Positions 45,398 through 52,087 of a DNA stretch of 64,000 bases are shown in pieces (within the stretch, counting starts at the first letter, position 1; each line of letters opens with the position of its first letter). Made by a program: the position numbers and the translations under genes. Under the pieces are notes generated by a model. It worked only from the letters and a program-made list of their open reading frames with translations, did not search any database and had not been told where the DNA came from. The stretch is taken from the NCBI GenBank assembly GCA_964646765.1, contig CAZYIA010000002.1, positions 99,467 through 163,466 on the forward strand, in the 5' to 3' direction. Source of the stretch: an uncultured Candidatus Saccharibacteria bacterium (GTDB lineage: Bacteria > Patescibacteriota > Minisyncoccia > Phycocordibacterales > UBA9973).

Positions 45398-48136
45398 ATG
45401 GAAAGTTTCCCGCAAGCGTCCAAATTTAAAACGGCTGAAGAAGAGCTCGCTTTTTTGCGTGCTCATATTGCTGAACGCGAACAAAAATCTGCTGAGATGG
45501 GCACAGGCGGTGGCAGTGAAAAAGCAGCGGAAGCCACACTTGAAGCATACAAGCGTGCTGACGCTGCAGAAGTGCTTCATGAAGCTGCGAAATTGCCGGA
45601 GCATCAGGTTGAACAATTAGTTCTTAATTTAAAACCTGAAACACACGATCGCCAGATGGAAGAGCTTCTCGGGATTCTTCTTGAGAATGGTATTAAGAAC
45701 GCCCTTGATGTAGTTGAGGCTATGCAGAACCCGCACTTAACCGATGATTTTCATCGTTTTCTAGTGCAGTACCTTGTAAGTACCAACGGTATTCCAGGAC
45801 TAAAAGAATCGCATCCACTTTGGAAAGGAGTGAATATGAAGCTTTTTGAAATTACCCTTCCTGAACAAGGAAAAGATGAAGCAAAGGGCTACAAAGAATT
45901 TATTGCCGCTATGGAGCAATTTTACGCTGGCATGCTCTCCGCTGGCGGAACTGACAATCCAAACCGTAAATACTACACCCTTGAAATCGCGGTTAATAAT
46001 AAGTCACCGCAAATCATGTTCTATGCTGCGGTGCCGAATGAAAAAGTAGATCTCTTTGAAAAACAGGTTCTTGGTTTCTACGAAGATGCAAAAGTAAAAG
46101 AAATTTCTGACGACTACAATATTTTTACTGAAGGTGGTGAAGCCGCTGGTTCATATGCCAAGCTTGGGGAAGTAGAAGTATTTCCACTGAAAATGCATGA
46201 TGAACTCGAGCACGACCCGATGAAGGCTATCATCAATGCCTTTTCAAAATTGAAGGATGAAGGTGAAGGTGCTGCTATTCAGTTTATGGTAGTTCCTGCG
46301 GGGGAACGACTAGTAAAGCAATTTTCTAATGTCCTCTGGCGAGTGAAAGAGGAAAAACTTCGAGCTCGAGAAGCTCTTAAGCTTTCAAACTCAATTGGCC
46401 GGGAAGTATTTCACCTGGCCAAACAGTTTGTAAAACCAACTTCCAAAGAGCGTCTTGAACAAAAAGGCCGCGCAAATGAAAAAGATATTGAAAATATCAC
46501 TAATAAGTTAAAAAGCACTGTTGTTGATGTTGCTGTTCGAGTAGTTGCTTCAGCTGCTACTCGTGAACGAGCGAAAGACATTTTGCGTGAAATTGAATCA
46601 GCATTCTATCAATTCTCAAATCCAACTGCGAACCATATTGAATGGGAACGTGTTGAAGGGCGTCGGGCAAGCGAACTCTTCCAAGAATTTTCATATCGTA
46701 TGTTCAATGAGGAAGAGCGCATGTCGCTTAATCTTCGCGAACTTGCCTCACTTTTTCATTTCCCAATTGGTATTTCTTCTTCACCTGAACTCAAGCAAGC
46801 TAAGGCTGCAACTGCTCCAGTGCCACTGGAAATGAAGGCTGACGCCGGCGGTATTTTCTTAGGTACCAATGAGCATCGTGGTGGATCGAAGAAAGTATTT
46901 ATGGGCAAAGAAGATCGCCGTCGTCACTTCTATGCTATTGGTCAAACCGGTACTGGTAAGACAACCATTTTGAAGCACATGATCATTCAAGATATTCAGA
47001 ATGGTGACGGAGTGTGTTTCATCGATCCGCATGGTTCTGATCTCCAGGACATTATTGCCAATATTCCAAAAGAGCGTATCGACGATGTTATTTACTTTGA
47101 TCCGGCGTACATTGCTCGGCCAATGGGGCTAAACATGTTGGAATACGATCCACGATACCCAGAACAAAAAACCTTCGTGGTGAACGAGCTTTTGGCTATT
47201 TTTAATAAGCTCTTCGATATGAAAACGGCCGGTGGCCCAGCGTTTGAACAGTACTTCCGTAACTCGTCGCTTTTGGTTATGGAAGATCCAGCATCTGGTT
47301 CAACGCTCCTGGAAATCGGTCGCGTGCTCGCGGATAAAGAATTCCGCGATCTCAAACTTTCTCGTTGTAAAAACCCAATCATCAAACAATTTTGGGAAAA
47401 TGCTGAAAAAACATCGGGCGAACAATCATTGGCAAACTTCGTACCATACGTTACCAACAAGTTCGATGTGTTCGTTTCAAACGACATCATGCGTCCGGTT
47501 ATTGCTCAGGAAAAGTCCGTATTCAATTTCCGTGAGATTATGGATAATCGCAAGATCCTTCTCGTGAATCTTTCGAAAGGCCGTTTGGGTGATATTAACT
47601 CAAACCTTATTGGTCTCATTTTGGTTGGAAAGCTTACGATGGCGGCGCTTTCTCGTGTCGATATTTTAGGCAAACAAGAAGTGCACGATTTTTACCTCTA
47701 CATCGACGAATTTCAGAACGTCACAACCGACTCCATCGCAACAATCCTTTCCGAAGCCCGCAAATACCGCCTGTGTTTGAATATCGCCCATCAATATATC
47801 GAACAGCTTGATGAGAAGATCAAAAATGCCGTCTTTGGAAACGTGGGATCGATGGCCATCCACCGTGTTTCGGTGGAGAATGCGGAGGTGTTCGCTAAAC
47901 AGCTTGAACCGACATTCACTGCAGAAGATATCATTAAACTCGAGAACCTTAATTGTTACATAAAGATGCTGGTGAACGGCATGCCGGTAAAACCATTCAA
48001 CTCGAAAACACCGTTTCCGCCGAAGGGTAATCCAGAGCTTGCTGAAAAGATTAAAGAGCTTTCGTACCTCAAATTCGGGCGAGATCGGGAAGAAGTGGAA
48101 AGTGAAATCATGGCCCGCTACGTTCAGCAGTTCTAA
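45398..48136 (+). CDS. Large soluble P-loop ATPase of the VirD4/TraG/TrwB coupling-protein superfamily (ATPase domain in the C-terminal half; about 450-aa N-terminal domain of unknown function, no transmembrane segments)
   Basis: Walker A is HFYAIGQTGTGKTT, followed by CFIDPHGSD. Walker B is LYIDEFQN. The region SEARKYRLCLNIAHQYIEQL resembles the TraG-D_C motif. Confidence 0.6.
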   Translation: MESFPQASKFKTAEEELAFLRAHIAEREQKSAEMGTGGGSEKAAEATLEAYKRADAAEVLHEAAKLPEHQVEQLVLNLKPETHDRQMEELLGILLENGIKNALDVVEAMQNPHLTDDFHRFLVQYLVSTNGIPGLKESHPLWKGVNMKLFEITLPEQGKDEAKGYKEFIAAMEQFYAGMLSAGGTDNPNRKYYTLEIAVNNKSPQIMFYAAVPNEKVDLFEKQVLGFYEDAKVKEISDDYNIFTEGGEAAGSYAKLGEVEVFPLKMHDELEHDPMKAIINAFSKLKDEGEGAAIQFMVVPAGERLVKQFSNVLWRVKEEKLRAREALKLSNSIGREVFHLAKQFVKPTSKERLEQKGRANEKDIENITNKLKSTVVDVAVRVVASAATRERAKDILREIESAFYQFSNPTANHIEWERVEGRRASELFQEFSYRMFNEEERMSLNLRELASLFHFPIGISSSPELKQAKAATAPVPLEMKADAGGIFLGTNEHRGGSKKVFMGKEDRRRHFYAIGQTGTGKTTILKHMIIQDIQNGDGVCFIDPHGSDLQDIIANIPKERIDDVIYFDPAYIARPMGLNMLEYDPRYPEQKTFVVNELLAIFNKLFDMKTAGGPAFEQYFRNSSLLVMEDPASGSTLLEIGRVLADKEFRDLKLSRCKNPIIKQFWENAEKTSGEQSLANFVPYVTNKFDVFVSNDIMRPVIAQEKSVFNFREIMDNRKILLVNLSKGRLGDINSNLIGLILVGKLTMAALSRVDILGKQEVHDFYLYIDEFQNVTTDSIATILSEARKYRLCLNIAHQYIEQLDEKIKNAVFGNVGSMAIHRVSVENAEVFAKQLEPTFTAEDIIKLENLNCYIKMLVNGMPVKPFNSKTPFPPKGNPELAEKIKELSYLKFGRDREEVESEIMARYVQQF

Positions 48137-48183
48137 CAACCTAGCAGGCTTTACGCTTCATTCTTTACCCGTATACTAGGGAA

Positions 48184-48762
48184 ATGACTATCTTACCGTT
48201 GCCTCTCATCCTCGGTTCCTCTTCGGAGTTTCGGGCGCTTGAACTTCGAAATGCCGGGTACGATTTTACTGTGCGCACTGCTGATATCGACGAGAAAAAA
48301 AATCGGCATACTGATTTGCGAAAATTACCCCTTTTTATTGCTGAGGCAAAGGCTGAAGCTCTTCTCCCGCAGATCCAAGAACCGTCAATTCTACTCACGG
48401 CTGATGTGGTCGTTATCGCCAATGGCGAGCTCCGTGAAAAACCTATCGATGAAACGCAAGCGCGCACATGGTTCCACTCATATAGTAGCGGTGTGCCAGC
48501 AGTCATTTATACTGGCCTTGTCGTAGTGAACACTAAAACCGGAAAACGCGCCGAAGGTATTGATGAGTGTGTCGTGCATTGGAATCATATTCCTGAAAAT
48601 GCAGTAGAGAAAATTATTGCCGATGGTACGATTTTCAAAACCGCTGGCGGATTCACAAATGAAATTGCTCTTGAATTTGGACGGCAACCACTTCCGTCAG
48701 GCGATCGCCGTCGCGGCATCCCGATCTATCTTTTTGAAGAATTAGTGCAGAAAGTCTTGTAG
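48184..48762 (+). CDS. maf: Maf-family nucleoside triphosphate pyrophosphatase
   Basis: LILGSSSEFRALEL matches the Maf N-terminal signature (LILAS.SPRR..LL). The length is about 190 aa. Confidence 0.7.
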   Translation: MTILPLPLILGSSSEFRALELRNAGYDFTVRTADIDEKKNRHTDLRKLPLFIAEAKAEALLPQIQEPSILLTADVVVIANGELREKPIDETQARTWFHSYSSGVPAVIYTGLVVVNTKTGKRAEGIDECVVHWNHIPENAVEKIIADGTIFKTAGGFTNEIALEFGRQPLPSGDRRRGIPIYLFEELVQKVL

Positions 48763-48764
48763 CT

Positions 48765-49349
48765 ATGCATGAAGAAATTGAAATAAAGTTTTTGGAGGTA
48801 GATATTCCAACACTTGAAGAAAAATTTCTTTCCTATGGTGCTACCCGGGTGGGAGAGACTCTTTCACGTATCACTAATTTTGATTTTCCCGACTACCGCT
48901 TAAAAAGCGATCATGCGTGGGTACGGCTTCGAACAGAGTTTGGAAAGACAACTCTTACCTATAAGCAGCGAATTGGTGTAGTTTCTAGCGATACATCACT
49001 GCGTGACGAAGGAATGCGCGAAATTGAAATCACTGTTTCTGATTTTGAGACAATGCGCAAATTACTTCACGCTATTGGCATGATTGAGAAATTTTCCCAG
49101 GAACGGAAAAGAATTCATTTTGAAAAAGACGACCTGTCTTTTGACATTGACACGTGGCCTCTCATACCGCCGTACTTGGAAATTGAAGGAAACAGCTGGG
49201 AGAATGTCGAAAAAGCGGCTTCTGATCTCGGCTTTGATTACGATAGCCATCTTCGCTGTTCGGCAGGTAATATCCTTACCAAATACGGATATCCTGACCA
49301 TGATTATTCCATTTTTACCTTCAGTGAACAGATAAAAAAGAATTTGTAA
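48765..49349 (+). CDS. CYTH-domain (triphosphate tunnel metalloenzyme, CyaB/ThTPase-like) protein 1
   Basis: EIEIKFL is the N-terminal CYTH ExExK motif. Alternating acidic beta-strand residues (RLR, ExE) and YLEIEG are present. Confidence 0.65.
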   Translation: MHEEIEIKFLEVDIPTLEEKFLSYGATRVGETLSRITNFDFPDYRLKSDHAWVRLRTEFGKTTLTYKQRIGVVSSDTSLRDEGMREIEITVSDFETMRKLLHAIGMIEKFSQERKRIHFEKDDLSFDIDTWPLIPPYLEIEGNSWENVEKAASDLGFDYDSHLRCSAGNILTKYGYPDHDYSIFTFSEQIKKNL

Positions 49350-49422
49350 AACCACCAAATTTTTGCTAGTATCTGGCTGTATTTTAGTAGTCCTATAGAG
49401 CGAGAAATCGCATTTTTTATTT

Positions 49423-50007
49423 ATGGCAGTACACCCGAAAGAGGAGCGCACATACGTGATGATCAAACCGGATGGCGTTCGCAAAGGCCTTATTGGAGAG
49501 GTCATCAAGCGTTTCGAACAGCGCGATCTTAAAATTGTCGCTCTTGAGATGTTTACCCCGACTCGCGACCAGGTTCACAACCATTATCCGCAGGATGAAA
49601 AGTGGATTCGTCGCCTCGGTGAAAAAACCGCTGCTACTTATGAAAAGTACGGCTATGACTTGAACGAACTCGGTACATCCGATCTTCTTGAGATTGGTGG
49701 CATGGTTCGCGAATGGCTCCTTGATTTCATGACCAGCGCTCCGATGGTTCGCATGGTGGTGCAGGGACTCCACGCTGTAGACGTTGTCCGAAAAATTGCA
49801 GGCCCAACGATGCCGTATCTCGCTGAAATGGGAACGATCCGCGGAGATTACTCAATTGACTCTCCAGCGCTTGCAAACAAAGAAAAGCGCGCAGTTGCAA
49901 ACATCATTCACGCTTCAGAAACTGCTGAAGAAGCAGCACATGAAATCGAATACTGGTTCGGCAAAAGCCCGATTCACCCGTACAAGCGTTTCGGTGTAGA
50001 CGAATAA
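49423..50007 (+). CDS. ndk: Nucleoside diphosphate kinase (long form, 194 aa)
   Basis: RTYVMIKPDGVRKGLIGEVIKRFEQRDLKIVALEM... NIIHASETAEEAAHEIEYWF carries the NxxHGSD-like active-site His region. Confidence 0.8.
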   Translation: MAVHPKEERTYVMIKPDGVRKGLIGEVIKRFEQRDLKIVALEMFTPTRDQVHNHYPQDEKWIRRLGEKTAATYEKYGYDLNELGTSDLLEIGGMVREWLLDFMTSAPMVRMVVQGLHAVDVVRKIAGPTMPYLAEMGTIRGDYSIDSPALANKEKRAVANIIHASETAEEAAHEIEYWFGKSPIHPYKRFGVDE

Positions 50008-50019
50008 AAAGAAAAGTCA

Positions 50020-50128
50020 CAAACTGCTTACTAAGGAAAACGGAATATTTTTCTGCGGAAAAATTTCCTCCGACTCGCACCCAGTGCTCCGTCGAGTTTC
50101 CTTAGTAAGCAGTTTCTTTTTTTGAGAG
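50020..50128 (+). terminator. Long-stem hairpin (about 19 bp, about 55-nt loop) plus T-run after ndk
   Basis: caaactgcttactaaggaaa … tttccttagtaagcagttt is followed by cttttttttg. Confidence 0.45.
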
Positions 50129-50129
50129 G

Positions 50130-50813
50130 TTGTTACATAACCCAACTAGCAGTATGCTGATTACTATCATGCGGCCTATTTTAGAAATCTACAAACAATA
50201 CAATATTCCACCGAAGCTTGAGGAGCACATGCTTACAGTTGCCGGAGTCGCTCTTTGGATCGGTGAACACATCGAAGTGCCGCTTGATACTGACCGGGTA
50301 GTAACCGCGGCGCTTCTTCACGACATGGGAAATCTGGCGAAGTTCAAATTTGATTCTGATCTCTACCCGATATCTGACGAAGAGCGCGAGTACTGGAGGC
50401 GGGCGCAGTTGGAATTTTTTCACAAATATGGTCGTGACGAATACGAAGCAACCCTCCATATCGTCAGAGAACTCGGGATGCCCGATACGGTAACGTCACT
50501 TCTCGGTAGCGCCGGATTTAAAAGCGCATGTCTTGTATTAGAGGGAGCTAATTGGGAATACAAAGTTCTCGATTATTCTGATATGCGCGTCGGCCCGCAT
50601 GGAATTGTTTCACTTGATGAACGCCTGCTTGATCTTAAAAAGCGTTATGGTGAAAAAGTAGTTGTTGAGACGAAGGAAGAAGCAGAAAAACAATCCGAAT
50701 GTCTTCGCATGCTTGAGAAACAACTGTTCGAAAAGATTTCCCAAGATCCAGCCGCTATTTCTTCGGAAACAATCTTCTCGTATCGCGAGCGTGTACGCGC
50801 ACGGAATATCTAA
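50130..50813 (+). CDS. HD-domain metal-dependent phosphohydrolase
   Basis: The H…HD motif is TAALLHDMGN. The protein is helical and about 225 aa long. Confidence 0.6.
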   Translation: MLHNPTSSMLITIMRPILEIYKQYNIPPKLEEHMLTVAGVALWIGEHIEVPLDTDRVVTAALLHDMGNLAKFKFDSDLYPISDEEREYWRRAQLEFFHKYGRDEYEATLHIVRELGMPDTVTSLLGSAGFKSACLVLEGANWEYKVLDYSDMRVGPHGIVSLDERLLDLKKRYGEKVVVETKEEAEKQSECLRMLEKQLFEKISQDPAAISSETIFSYRERVRARNI

Positions 50814-50814
50814 T

Positions 50815-51351
50815 ATGGAAATTGAAACTAAAGTTCTTGAGATCGATCGGGTTTTGGTTGCTCAAAAGTTACGAGCGCTCGGAGCAAACGAAGTCCAAAA
50901 CGTGCGTCTTATCGTTGATTGGTATTCGCCGGCAGACATTTTGGGGGATACTCATCCGTGGTATTTGCGTGTGCGAAGCTTTGGAGAAGAGAAAGCAGAG
51001 ATTTCCTGGAAGTCTTTGCCGAAAATAATAGGGAATACGCGTCATTCAGAGGAAATAACCGTTCCGGTAAGTGATTTTGAGACAGCAAAAAGTATTTTAG
51101 ATGCTCTCGGGTTTAAAAACTACGCTCACCAGGAAAAAGACCGGCTCTCGTTTGTCTATAAAGCTTGGAATTTTGATATTGATCAGTATCCAGACATGCC
51201 GTGCTACTTAGAAATTGAAGGAAACTCGTATGAACACGTACAAGAAGCAATTTTGTTACTTAATTTAGAAAACCACGAAAGTATTTCTGAAGGAGAACGC
51301 CTTCTCATTGAAGAGAAATACAAACTAAACTGGAGTGACATGCGATTTTAG
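50815..51351 (+). CDS. CYTH-domain protein 2 (paralog of 48765..49349)
   Basis: MEIETKVLEID carries the ExExK motif. The shared C-terminal box YLEIEGNSYEHVQEA matches YLEIEGNSWENVEKA in the paralog. The start was moved to the Met after the HD-gene stop. Confidence 0.6.
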   Translation: MEIETKVLEIDRVLVAQKLRALGANEVQNVRLIVDWYSPADILGDTHPWYLRVRSFGEEKAEISWKSLPKIIGNTRHSEEITVPVSDFETAKSILDALGFKNYAHQEKDRLSFVYKAWNFDIDQYPDMPCYLEIEGNSYEHVQEAILLLNLENHESISEGERLLIEEKYKLNWSDMRF

Positions 51352-51617
51352 TTTTGTCTAATTTGCTACCATGCATTTTTTATTGCAAATCTATTCTTTC
51401 CGCTTGCAGATTATGTATCGAAGCATACAATAAATACAGGATTATTGAGGAGTATCACTTAGAACATAAAGTATCCGGGATCCTTGATTATTTTGTGCCG
51501 TGGCACAGAATCTCTGGAACCCACTTGGCTTCACGCTAAGGTGATATCTGCCCGATAGTCCTAACAAGCAACTCTCCGTTTGGAGGGTTTTTTGTTTGTT
51601 CAGGCTTTAGGTATACT

Positions 51618-52055
51618 TTGCATATGTATCCGATTACTTCAGTAGCGCAGAAACGCACTTTTCGACAAGCGGCGGCGGTCATTGCGGTCATTTGCGTCCT
51701 TAATCTCCTGGCAACCCTCTTCTATTGGTACTCTACAATCTGGTGGTTTGATATTTTGATGCATTTCCTGGGTGGATTTTTTATAGGATTGCTTGCGTAC
51801 TGGATCAGCACCTCTTTTATTCCCGCTCGATTTCTACCGACCACTATCATGGGGTGGATTTCTGTACTGATTCTTTCGGTATGTATTATCGGCTTTCTTT
51901 GGGAAGCATATGAACTCGTGGTTGATCTTTGTACCGGAGCCCAAGGATACGGATATCTTGATGGAATTTCTGATATGTTTAACGATCTTTCCGGAGGCTT
52001 TTTTAGTGTCATCGCAATCTTCCTTTTCCCTCAAAGAGATTCAACAGTAAATTAG
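51618..52055 (+). CDS. Hypothetical small integral membrane protein (about four transmembrane helices)
   Basis: Hydrophobic helices VIAVICVLNLLATLFYWY, FLGGFFIGLLAYWI and ISVLILSVCIIGFLW are present. It is preceded by a terminator-like hairpin. Confidence 0.4.
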   Translation: MHMYPITSVAQKRTFRQAAAVIAVICVLNLLATLFYWYSTIWWFDILMHFLGGFFIGLLAYWISTSFIPARFLPTTIMGWISVLILSVCIIGFLWEAYELVVDLCTGAQGYGYLDGISDMFNDLSGGFFSVIAIFLFPQRDSTVN

Positions 52056-52087
52056 GAATACTGTTGCATTTTTGATATACTATAAGG

